Assembly (NCBI GenBank): GCA_963677485.1
Contig: OY781964.1
Location: forward strand, 2,912,001 to 2,976,000
DNA length: 64,000 nucleotides
DNA from: Armatimonadota bacterium
Lineage (GTDB): Bacteria > Armatimonadota > HRBIN16
Direction of reading: 5' to 3'
Translations under genes and position numbers: made by a program
In this document: in pieces, positions 1-8,531 of the stretch
Numbering within the stretch: position 1 is the first letter of the stretch
Layout: every line of letters starts with the position of its first letter
The notes under the pieces: generated by a model
The model's database searches: none
What the model was told of the DNA's origin: nothing
What the model saw: only the letters and a program-made list of their open reading frames with translations

Positions 1-229
1 GGTGCTTGTCTCAAAGGGAGCTGATGGAGTGAAGCCGCTGGCGTCGGTGATACTGCCACCATTTACCAGTGCGGAAGCGGGCCGATTCAAGAAGGTCAGC
101 CTCACCTGGAAGGGTAGCTCCTCCGCGAAAGGTCGGCTCATCGGTGCGCGGCTGGAGTCCAACGGCCCGCAGATCGCGTGGGACAACGTGCGGCTGGTGG
201 AGGAGACTGTTGGCGGGCGAGGGGACTAA
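1..229 (+). CDS. 3' end of a gene truncated by the window edge; possible carbohydrate-binding/jelly-roll C-terminal domain
   Basis: Open frame from the window start to TAA at 227-229; ends in ...IAWDNVRL, typical of CBM-like beta-sandwich termini. Confidence 0.5.
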   Translation, partial: VLVSKGADGVKPLASVILPPFTSAEAGRFKKVSLTWKGSSSAKGRLIGARLESNGPQIAWDNVRLVEETVGGRGD

Positions 230-933
230 ATCCGCGGCAGCATGAGCTGGTGGCCTGCGATTTGGGCGTTCGGCCCCGTGTCGACGGGTTCTATCGCCCC
301 AGGGGGCTCCATCACCCGTCGCTGATCAAATGGCTGCCCGCGTCGCTTCGCTCCTGCGGGCGCTGGCGGAGGGCTCCCGGCGCCCGCTTGCGGGCTGCGA
401 CTCATCAGACGCGCGGTGAGGAAACCCCATTTATGGGGTGACTAAACCCGCGGCATCGTGGCTGATCACCGGCGACGTGGGCTATTGGCCCAGTGTCGAC
501 GGGTTCTATCGCCCCAGGGGGCTCCATCACCCGTCGCTGATCAAATGGCTGCCCGCGTCGCTTCGCTCCTGCGGGCGCTAGCGGAGGGCCATCTGCGCCC
601 GCTTGCGGGCTGCGACTCATCAGACGCGCGGTGAGGAAACCCCATTTATGGGGTGACTAAACCCGCGGCATCGTGGCTGATCACCGGCGACGTGGGCAAT
701 TGGCCCAGTGTCGACGGGTTCCATCGCCCCAGGGGGCTCCATCACCCGTCGCTGATCAGGTGGCTGCCCGCGTCGCTTCGCTCCTGCGGGCGCTGGGGGA
801 GGGCCATCTGCGCCCGCTTGCGGGCTGCGACTCATCAGACGCGCGGTGAGGAAACCCCATTTATGGGGTGACTATACCCGCGGCAATGTGGCTGGTGGCC
901 TGCGACATGGGTTGATATGCCCGTGTCGACGGG
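221..933. repeat. Tandem array of a ~215-bp hairpin-rich repeat (about 3.3 copies)
   Basis: Motif ACTA(A/T)A(C/T)CCGCGGCA starts at 225, 441, 656 and 871 (spacing 216/215/215); units are nearly identical. Confidence 0.95.
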
Positions 934-936
934 ATT

Positions 937-1014
937 GGCTAACCGCCAGACCGGCGCGGTCTACAGCCTTCTGTAGTCGCTAGCGTACTGACAGACCGCC
1001 CCGGACATAGGCAA
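937..1014. repeat. Dispersed repeat family A (AGACCGGCGCGGTCT...CAGACCGCCCCGGACATAGGCAA)
   Basis: Related copies at ~8321-8350, 30301-30470 (inverted pair), ~35449-35513 and ~63909-63974. Confidence 0.8.
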
Positions 1015-1059
1015 TTGGGGGTTCAGCTAGCCACAAAACCTCCCCGGACAGTGCCACAC

Positions 1060-1092
1060 AAAAGGCCGGCGCGGATAAACCGCGTCGGCCTG
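1060..1092 (-). terminator. Probable intrinsic terminator after the oxidoreductase
   Basis: AGGCCGGCGCGG-ATAAA-CCGCGTCGGCCT stem with an adjacent A-run (T-tract on the minus strand), just past the stop at 1116. Confidence 0.65.
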
Positions 1093-1115
1093 ATGGGATA
1101 CCGCCTGTGGCGATC

Positions 1116-2150
1116 CTATTTGTATTTTGCGAGTTGGGCGCGGCTCTGCTTGGCACTGCGGTCGGCCAGGTCCAGAATGTGAATCGGTCGTCGAGCCCAC
1201 TCAGGGGTGATGATGAGTTCCTCGCCTTTGATCAGGTGGTCGGCGATGTTTTGATACAGCTTCCAGCCTTCACCGGCGGGGTTGCCACCGCGGCGGACGG
1301 TCGATTCGCCCTTCTCATTGCGGCTGATGACTTCATATGAGCCATGGTCCATGATGTAGGTGCCCTTGGTGCCTGTGATCTCCAATACGCCGCGCTTCGG
1401 GTTGGAATCCAACTGGCTGATGGTCAGGGTGAGCCACTGTCCGTTACTGAAGCGCACCACAGCCTGGCCTTCATCTTCGTTGGTGTCTTTACCCCATTTG
1501 GTTTGGTCGGCCCAATAGCCATACTTGGCATAACCGCTCACTTCCACCATGTCGCCATCCAGCAACTGCAGGCTGTATTCCAGAACGTGAACGCCCCAGT
1601 CATACATAATTCCGCCGGAGATGGTCTTGCTGCTGCGCCACCAGTCGCCCGGCTTACCATAGCCGCCCATATGCGCTTCGATACGGACGACATCGCCGAT
1701 CGCTCCGCCGCGAATCTCTTCCACAGCCTTGAGGATGCATCCGTCCCAGTGACGGTTGTGATAGGTGCTCAGCACCACGCCGTTCGCTTTGGCGGCCGCG
1801 ATCATGGCGTCACATTCGCCGGTGGTGATGGCCAGCGGCTTTTCGCAGACCACATGCTTGCCTGCTTTCAGGCATTGCAGGGCCAGTTTGGCATGGGTGT
1901 TATGCGGGGTGATGATGGCAACCATGTCTACATCGCATTTGCTCAGCATGGTACCAAGGTTGGCGTATGTGGCGATGCCAGGGAAGTCCTTCTTGGCCTG
2001 CTTGCGCAGATCCTCGCTCAACTCCACCACAGCGGTGGGCACCATTCCGGCTTTCGCCATTTCATTAAGGTGGGCTCTGCCCATTCCGAAGGCTCCGCTG
2101 TATCCTACGACAGCGACTTTGATCTGATCGGCACTTACGTATTTCGGCAT
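1116..2150 (-). CDS. Gfo/Idh/MocA family NAD(P)-dependent oxidoreductase
   Basis: N-terminal Rossmann motif VAVVGYSGAFGMG, GKHVVCEKP, GGIMYDWGVH. Confidence 0.93.
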   Translation of the reverse strand: MPKYVSADQIKVAVVGYSGAFGMGRAHLNEMAKAGMVPTAVVELSEDLRKQAKKDFPGIATYANLGTMLSKCDVDMVAIITPHNTHAKLALQCLKAGKHVVCEKPLAITTGECDAMIAAAKANGVVLSTYHNRHWDGCILKAVEEIRGGAIGDVVRIEAHMGGYGKPGDWWRSSKTISGGIMYDWGVHVLEYSLQLLDGDMVEVSGYAKYGYWADQTKWGKDTNEDEGQAVVRFSNGQWLTLTISQLDSNPKRGVLEITGTKGTYIMDHGSYEVISRNEKGESTVRRGGNPAGEGWKLYQNIADHLIKGEELIITPEWARRPIHILDLADRSAKQSRAQLAKYK

Positions 2151-2318
2151 ATGTGTTTACCTCATGTAGTTTGGGGGTATCATCTCTGCTAGTTTAGCCC
2201 TTACATGCCTGTTTCCCTTCACCATTTCGGGTATATGCCGAAAGTTGCTAATCTCCTTTACGCCTTGCACACGATATAATAAAACCAGTAGCAACCGCAT
2301 GGAGATGAAGCCCCGAAT

Positions 2319-3422
2319 ATGCTGGACCCAACCACTTTAGAGTTACAACCATACCGATATAAATTGGACGAACTGGCCATCAGCCTGAAGGTTGAGTATG
2401 TTCGCCTGCAGATAGCTGATATCGAAGCGAAAACCACAAACGCGGCCTTTTGGGACAACCCCACCGAGGCGCAGTTCACAATGCAGCAGCTCAACACACT
2501 GAAGCAAAGCATCGCCCCATGGGAACAGGTCAACCAGCAGTTGGCCGACCTGGAGGCGACGGTCGAGTTGCTGAAGGAAGACGAGGATGAGGAGCTCATC
2601 GCCGAATTCCTGGAAGAGGTGGAGACGCTCAAAACCAGTCTGGACAACCTGGAAATTGAGACCCTGCTATCGGGCGAGCACGATGACAGAACCGCCATTC
2701 TGGAAGTGAACGCCGGCGCGGGCGGCACCGAGAGCTGTGACTGGGCGGAAATGCTGTTGCGCATGTATCTGCGCTGGGCCGCCTCCCGCGGATTTCATAC
2801 GGAGATCATTGACCATAACCCTGGCGACGTGGCGGGAATCAAAAGCGCCACCATCCGCATTGAGGGCCGAAACGCCTTCGGATACAGCCGCGGCGAGAGC
2901 GGAGTGCATCGCCTGGTGCGCATCTCGCCTTTTGACTCCAACGCCCGCCGACATACCTCCTTCGCCTCTGTCGATGTGGTGCCGGAAATCGAAGTGAACG
3001 AAGTGGATATGAACACCGACGACATCAAGCTGGAGACCTTCCGCGCCAGCACCGCCGGTGGGCAGCATATGCAGAAAAATGAAACCGCCGTGCGCTTGAC
3101 GCATATCCCGACCAATACGGTAGTCACATGTCAGAATGAGCGCAGTCAGGGGCAGAACCGGCTGCTGGCCATGAAAGTTTTGGGTGCACGGCTGGCGGAG
3201 CGTGAACGGCGTCTTGCGATCGAAAGGCTCAACGAGCTGCGTGGCGACACCGCCCCAATCGAATGGGGGCACCAGATCCGCAGCTATGTATTCCAGCCGT
3301 ATTATATGGTGAAGGACCACCGCACCAACGCCGAATCGGGCAGTGTGCCCGCCATTATGAATGGCGACATCGACCTGTTCATCCACGCCTATTTGAAATG
3401 GAAGAAGTCGAAGGAGATCTAA
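2319..3422 (+). CDS. prfB: Peptide chain release factor 2
   Basis: GAGGTESCDWA, ESGVHRLVRISPFDSNARRHTSF (SPF motif), GGQ motif, WGHQIRSYV. Confidence 0.97.
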   Translation: MLDPTTLELQPYRYKLDELAISLKVEYVRLQIADIEAKTTNAAFWDNPTEAQFTMQQLNTLKQSIAPWEQVNQQLADLEATVELLKEDEDEELIAEFLEEVETLKTSLDNLEIETLLSGEHDDRTAILEVNAGAGGTESCDWAEMLLRMYLRWAASRGFHTEIIDHNPGDVAGIKSATIRIEGRNAFGYSRGESGVHRLVRISPFDSNARRHTSFASVDVVPEIEVNEVDMNTDDIKLETFRASTAGGQHMQKNETAVRLTHIPTNTVVTCQNERSQGQNRLLAMKVLGARLAERERRLAIERLNELRGDTAPIEWGHQIRSYVFQPYYMVKDHRTNAESGSVPAIMNGDIDLFIHAYLKWKKSKEI

Positions 3423-3423
3423 A

Positions 3424-4338
3424 ATGGCCAGACATCTGCGACGGGTTACCTGGCTGATGGCTGGTATTACGGCAGTCTGCTCGATTGGGTGTTCTACCGC
3501 ACCGATGTTCGATGGGGACCGAGCTTATACAGACCTCAAGAAGCAGGTGTCGTTTGGCCCTCGTGTGCCGAACACCAAACCGCACACACTGTGTCGCGAT
3601 TGGATGGTGAGCCAGCTAAAACCCCTAGCCGATAAGGTGATCGTTCAGAGTTTTTGGGACCACGCGCGAGATACGGATCTAAATCTTAACAACGTGATCG
3701 CTGTGTTCAACCCGAAGGCCAGCAAAAAGCTGATGATCGCCGCCCATTGGGACAGCCGCCCCGTGAGCGACCAGGCCAGCTCTGAGAGTGACCGTGTTAA
3801 ACCCGTGCCTGGGGCCAACGATGGAGCCAGCGGTGTGGCTGTGCTGCTGGAACTAGCCCGCTGCTTGAAGCAAAAAGCGCCGGATGTGTGCGTGGTGCTT
3901 GCTTTCTGGGATGGTGAAGACTACGGTCCAAACACCAAACAGATGTTCCTGGGCAGCCGTTATTTCATACAAGACCCTAGAGGATTCCGGCCAGATAGCG
4001 GAATTCTGCTGGACATGATCGGTGACTCGGATCTGCAGATATCCCGCGAAACGAACTCCGATATCTCCGATTGTACCGCGTTGGATCGGCTTTGGGCGAT
4101 CGCGGCCGATAAGGGATACCAGAAGCATTTCCCAGAACATCTCGGCCAGCCAATTGAGGATGACCACATCCCCTTCATCGGAGCGGGTGTTCCGTTTGTA
4201 GACCTCATCGATTTTGACTACCCATACTGGCACACCCCCGCCGACACCGCCGATAAATGCAGTGCCAAAAGTCTGAAAGTGGTGGGTGATGTGGTGTTGA
4301 GCTATATCTACCAGTATGGTAAGGGTAAGGCAGAGTAG
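3424..4338 (+). CDS. M28 family peptidase / glutaminyl cyclase-like lipoprotein
   Basis: Signal peptide with Cys; AAHWDSR, GANDGASGVAVLLE, WDGED, LLDMIG, EDDHIPF, YWHT motifs. Confidence 0.9.
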   Translation: MARHLRRVTWLMAGITAVCSIGCSTAPMFDGDRAYTDLKKQVSFGPRVPNTKPHTLCRDWMVSQLKPLADKVIVQSFWDHARDTDLNLNNVIAVFNPKASKKLMIAAHWDSRPVSDQASSESDRVKPVPGANDGASGVAVLLELARCLKQKAPDVCVVLAFWDGEDYGPNTKQMFLGSRYFIQDPRGFRPDSGILLDMIGDSDLQISRETNSDISDCTALDRLWAIAADKGYQKHFPEHLGQPIEDDHIPFIGAGVPFVDLIDFDYPYWHTPADTADKCSAKSLKVVGDVVLSYIYQYGKGKAE

Positions 4339-4375
4339 GGTTCGTGTCAGTTATCCATAATGATAACGGCCCCTT

Positions 4376-4400
4376 GGAAACGCCAATCTCCCGATTGGCA
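4376..4400. repeat. REP-like palindrome family B (GGAACGCCAATCTCCCGATTGGC)
   Basis: Related copies at ~6462-6486 (reverse), ~8355-8379 and ~26538-26560 (reverse). Confidence 0.75.
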
Positions 4401-4501
4401 TTTTCTCCGTTCGTGTCCATTTGTGGTTGAATACCGGCCAATAGGATTTGAAGGACGAGGTGGACAAGGTGGACATGGAAATGAAGGGCCCATAGCAGGG
4501 C

Positions 4502-4526
4502 AAGGGGCAGCTATTTACTGCCCCTT
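4502..4526. terminator. Hairpin between convergent genes, possible terminator
   Basis: AAGGGGCAG-CTATTTA-CTGCCCCTT perfect stem, just past the porin stop. Confidence 0.55.
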
Positions 4527-4539
4527 ATGCATATCGTGG

Positions 4540-5640
4540 CTAGAACGAAATCTGCAGGTTGTTGATCAGCATATCGGTCTTCATGCCGATGGCGGGGTTG
4601 CTGTGGACGAAGTTCATTTGCCACAGCATGTTGTCTTTCATGTAGTGGTTCACGCCCAGTGTGTATTCATTAATGTTGTCTGATGCGGCCCAGCGGTTGG
4701 GGTCGTACTGATCCCATCGAGTCACAACTTCCCAGGCGGGGTTAATGCGTTTAGCAGCCAGCGCATAGAACCCGCAAGGTTCGGCTTTGGCTATGCCGTC
4801 ACCTCTCCGTGCTTCGTAGATTTCACTTCGCAGCGTCCAGTCCTTGTCCTTGTACTGAAGCTCAGCAGCAAGGCGGTTATCGGGGCTGCGGTCGGTGTTT
4901 TTCCAGCCCATGTATCCGCTGGTGCCGATGCTCCAGGCTTTGCCAGGGGTGGACACGAGACGAACAGCCATGTCTTTCACATCGTTGTTGTCCATGGTGT
5001 TCTGGCCGCTGCCATTGACCACACCAATACCGATGCTGCCGTCTTTGCCTGATTTGTTAAGGTAAGCACCGAGCTCATACTGCATATCGATGCCTTTGAG
5101 GGTCATCATACTGCGTTCGGTCGTCTCCACTTTACTGGAGGACATCAATGCCTCATATCCAAATGGCACTTTCTGCTGGCCAAGGGTGAGTTTCCAGCCA
5201 TCAGCCACGGGCAGTGCTGCCCAGGCTTCCATCAGCATTCGACTCGACTGGTCCATTTCCAGAGTGGTGTTGTTGTATTTCAGATCGCGGGCAGGGTCTA
5301 TCTGCAGGCGCCAATCTGTGGAGCCTATGGAACCATCGAACGTGATGTAAGCCCGTCGGATGCGGAAGGAATCCGCCTTGACATGGTCCGCGCGGTCGCT
5401 GCGGTTATCGACGGTCAGGAAGTTTTGGATATAGCCGCTCACCTTGATGGTGTCTTTGGCTGGTGCTTGCACGGGGTTGTTATTCTTCGGTGTCTTCTTG
5501 AGAGCCGTTATCTCTTTTTGGATCGCCTGCAACTGCATTTCAAGCTGATCGATTCTTTTGTCGGTACCTGTATCGGCTGAAAGCATAGTGCATGAGGCAA
5601 TCATCAAGAGACTGAGTGCGGCACTTGTAATCTTGTTCAT
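4540..5640 (-). CDS. Outer-membrane porin, OprO/OprP (phosphate-selective porin)-like
   Basis: Signal peptide from ATG 5640 (MNKITSAALSLL), coiled coil, FRIRRAY, GQQKVPFGYE motif, C-terminal Phe. Confidence 0.8.
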   Translation of the reverse strand: MNKITSAALSLLMIASCTMLSADTGTDKRIDQLEMQLQAIQKEITALKKTPKNNNPVQAPAKDTIKVSGYIQNFLTVDNRSDRADHVKADSFRIRRAYITFDGSIGSTDWRLQIDPARDLKYNNTTLEMDQSSRMLMEAWAALPVADGWKLTLGQQKVPFGYEALMSSSKVETTERSMMTLKGIDMQYELGAYLNKSGKDGSIGIGVVNGSGQNTMDNNDVKDMAVRLVSTPGKAWSIGTSGYMGWKNTDRSPDNRLAAELQYKDKDWTLRSEIYEARRGDGIAKAEPCGFYALAAKRINPAWEVVTRWDQYDPNRWAASDNINEYTLGVNHYMKDNMLWQMNFVHSNPAIGMKTDMLINNLQISF

Positions 5641-5870
5641 AGCTGTTCCTTTTTGAGAGTGAGGGAATTCCCCATAGATATTGATAGCTTTATGTACAGA
5701 GAAATGCAAATCTGAGGTTCGATAAGCTGATCGAAATCATAATATATGGCCTAAATGGGATGGTGGATGAGCCAGATGGAAATGGATATTCGAGAATCGG
5801 CATTCTTGTTGCATAAATAGTAGAAATATGTGTATATAATAAAGTATATCTTTCCGCAGAGGTGTTGCCA

Positions 5871-6365
5871 ATGTATCCGAAACCAAGTGCCAAACCATCA
5901 CCTGCGATGTTGGAACAAATCGCCGACCAGTTACTGAAATCGACACCCGACCACAATGCATTGACAGAAGAGCAAATGAGACGCAGACGACGACAGGAGC
6001 GTGATAGCCTTAAAAAGTATGTTTGTCAGTCAGACCCCACCCTTGATGCCATGAACTACCTGAAACACCAGGAGCTGATGCTGGTGGTGACCCGAGCACG
6101 CCTAAACACGAGGCAGAAAAAGATGGTGATGCTTCTGCTGCAAGACCTCAGTGTTCAAGAGGCTGGGGCACAGATGGGTATCAAGCGCAGCTATGCCTAC
6201 GAGCTCTATCACCAGGTGGTGAGCCGGCTTAGGGAGGTTTGGCTCCATGCGCCGGTCACGGGACTGGCCAGCAGCTACTGCCGCGACATCAACCGGCGTT
6301 ATGCGCGGAAAAGCTGTTTCCGTCACCGGGATCAGGATCCGGGTGACCGATCGGGCGATGTATAG
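5871..6365 (+). CDS. Hypothetical protein with sigma-70 region 4 / LuxR-like HTH
   Basis: LNTRQKKMVMLLLQDLSVQEAGAQMGIKRSYAY resembles a sigma r4 HTH; divergent from the porin across an AT-rich spacer. Confidence 0.55.
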   Translation: MYPKPSAKPSPAMLEQIADQLLKSTPDHNALTEEQMRRRRRQERDSLKKYVCQSDPTLDAMNYLKHQELMLVVTRARLNTRQKKMVMLLLQDLSVQEAGAQMGIKRSYAYELYHQVVSRLREVWLHAPVTGLASSYCRDINRRYARKSCFRHRDQDPGDRSGDV

Positions 6366-6409
6366 GAGCTAGGTCTTGGGCTATTAGCCAAACCGCATCG
6401 GAGACTTGT

Positions 6410-6555
6410 CTGAACCACGGATGACACGGATGGGCTCGGATAGGTTCGGATGGAGAGGAGAGGCCAACCAGGAGATTGGCGTTCCCAAGGGAAACCCCAT
6501 GCGTTGGCATTCCATCCGTGTCATCCTGTCAATCCGCGTGATCCGTGGTTCAGAC
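6410..6555. repeat. Inverted-pair repeat family C (TCTGAACCACGGATGACACGGAT...ATCCGTGGTTCAGA) with a nested family B copy
   Basis: Related copies at ~8283-8515, ~20687-20730, ~26505-26700, ~33518, ~35281 and ~35568. Confidence 0.8.
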
Positions 6556-6734
6556 AACAACCCGTCTTTGCGTTGAATCCCTCTCCAGGCTAACCGCCAA
6601 ACCGCGCCGGACACCGGATACATTGATTCTAGCTCCATCACAAGCTGGTAAAAAATTGGTAAGATATAAACGAAGAGTTGCGTACTTGCGAGTGCGCTTC
6701 ATTATTAAAATATCCAGGAGGTCATCAGCTCAAC

Positions 6735-8216
6735 ATGGCTGAGAAGGTATATATCGCAGCGGATCTTGGTGCAGAGAGCGGCCGTGCCATCGCCGGTAAA
6801 TTCGATGGTGACAAACTAAGTCTTGAGGTAGCTCATCGCTTCATGAATATCCCGCTGCGCCTGCCCAACGCTTTGAGTTGGAATACAGGCCACCTGTATG
6901 CGGAAATTCTTTCGGGTATCAAAACAATAGTCTCGACATATGGTGATGGCGTTCAGTCCGTCAGCGTAGATACCTGGGGCGTGGATTTCGGCCTGCTCGA
7001 TAAGTCGGGTGCGCTGATGACCATGCCTGTTCACTACCGTGACAAGCGTAATGTACTGGCTTTCGACGAGCTGCGGCAGAAGCTGGGCGACTCGATGATA
7101 TACGACGCCACCGGCCTTCAGTTCATGCCATTCAACTCACTCTATCAGCTTTATGCCATGACAAAGAACCAGATGGACGTGCTGCAGGATGCCAACAAGC
7201 TGCTGTTCATGCCCGATATCTTCCATTATTGGCTGAGCGGAGTGGGTGTAGCGGAAAGCACCATCGCCAGCACCTCGAACCTGGTTGATCCACGCACCGG
7301 TAAATGGGCGACGGATCTTATTGAGGCCGCCGGTATTCCGACCCACTTCTTGCCTGAGCTGGTTAAACCGGGCACTATCCTGGGTGATGTTCGCGATGAC
7401 GTGGTGTTTGACACCAAAGCTAGTGGTGTGAAGGTCGTGGTGCCTGGATCGCACGACACCGCCAGTGCAGTGGCCGCGGTGCCTGTTGCCGATGGCGACC
7501 GTGACTATGTCTTCATGAGCTCCGGCACCTGGTCGTTGATGGGCATGGAGCTGGACAGCCCCATCATCAACGCAGATAGCCGCCGGCTGAACTTCACCAA
7601 CGAAGGCGGGGTGGAGAACACCATCCGCTTCCTGAGGAACATCTCAGGGCTGTGGCTGGTTCAAGAGCTGCGCCGTGGTTACGAGCGTGATGGTGAAGTT
7701 TACAACTACACCGAACTCACTCAGATGGCCGCCGAAGCACCGGAGTTCCGCAGCCTGGTGGACCCCGATGATATGAGCTTCATGGCACCGCAGGACATGC
7801 GCGCCGCTGTGGCGGAGTTCTGCCAGAACAGCGGTCAGCCGGTACCTAACACACCCGGTCAGTTCAACCGTGCCGTGCAGGAGAGCCTGGCGATGCGCTA
7901 CCGATGGGTTGTGGAGCGGCTGCGTGAGCTGACGGGCAAGAAATTGCCGACCCTGCACATTGTGGGCGGCGGCACCCAGAACAAGCTGCTGTGCCAGTTT
8001 ACCGCCAACGCCACCGGATGCCGTGTGGTGGCTGGCCCTGTTGAGGCCACCGCAGCCGGTAACGTGCTAATTCAGATGATGGCGATGGGTGATGTGAAGA
8101 GCCTGAGTGAGGGCCGCGAGCTCATCCGACGCTCGTTTGAGGTTCACGAATACCTGCCCAAATCCCAGGAGAAGTGGGATGCCGCCTACGAACGCTGGAT
8201 GAAGATCGCCAAGTAG
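6735..8216 (+). CDS. rhaB: Rhamnulokinase-type FGGY carbohydrate kinase
   Basis: AADLGAESGR, VDTWGVDFGLLD, GSHDTASAV, SSGTWSLMG, TNEGG, GPVEATAAGN; AGGAG upstream of ATG 6735. Confidence 0.88.
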   Translation: MAEKVYIAADLGAESGRAIAGKFDGDKLSLEVAHRFMNIPLRLPNALSWNTGHLYAEILSGIKTIVSTYGDGVQSVSVDTWGVDFGLLDKSGALMTMPVHYRDKRNVLAFDELRQKLGDSMIYDATGLQFMPFNSLYQLYAMTKNQMDVLQDANKLLFMPDIFHYWLSGVGVAESTIASTSNLVDPRTGKWATDLIEAAGIPTHFLPELVKPGTILGDVRDDVVFDTKASGVKVVVPGSHDTASAVAAVPVADGDRDYVFMSSGTWSLMGMELDSPIINADSRRLNFTNEGGVENTIRFLRNISGLWLVQELRRGYERDGEVYNYTELTQMAAEAPEFRSLVDPDDMSFMAPQDMRAAVAEFCQNSGQPVPNTPGQFNRAVQESLAMRYRWVVERLRELTGKKLPTLHIVGGGTQNKLLCQFTANATGCRVVAGPVEATAAGNVLIQMMAMGDVKSLSEGRELIRRSFEVHEYLPKSQEKWDAAYERWMKIAK

Positions 8217-8230
8217 ACGCTTCAATGACC

Positions 8231-8270
8231 AACAGCCCCAGGCCCCGGCCTGGGGCTGTTTTGTTTTTTT
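8231..8270 (+). terminator. Rho-independent terminator
   Basis: AACAGCCCCAGGCC-CC-GGCCTGGGGCTGTT followed by a T-tract directly after the kinase stop. Confidence 0.9.
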
Positions 8271-8531
8271 TGGGGTTGGTATCCACAGATGACGCAGATG
8301 ACGCAGATTGGATTGCTACCGCCTAAGTCCGGGGCGGTCTGGCGGATAGCCCCTGGGAACGCCAATCTCCCGATTGGCCATCCCCTCCCATCCCCATCCG
8401 CGTTCATTTGCGGCTCAATAGCCCCTACCGGACAAGTAGGATGAGTAAGACGAGTAGGACAATGGTTGGCTTGCCCCTCGCCATCCGAACCCATCCGTGG
8501 AATCCGTGGTTCAGAAAATCCCCCGCCACTG

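Noticed and set aside
221-933. CRISPR array, or the repeated 71-87-aa ORFs as real genes
   Set aside because: Units are ~215 bp and the variable segments resemble each other rather than being unique spacers; no cas genes are present; the ORFs are by-products of the repeat
1344-2192. Long antisense ORFs (e.g. 1344-2192, 2667-3386, 26923-27663, 34220-35206, 47051-47704)
   Set aside because: Shadow frames opposite well-supported genes in GC-rich DNA
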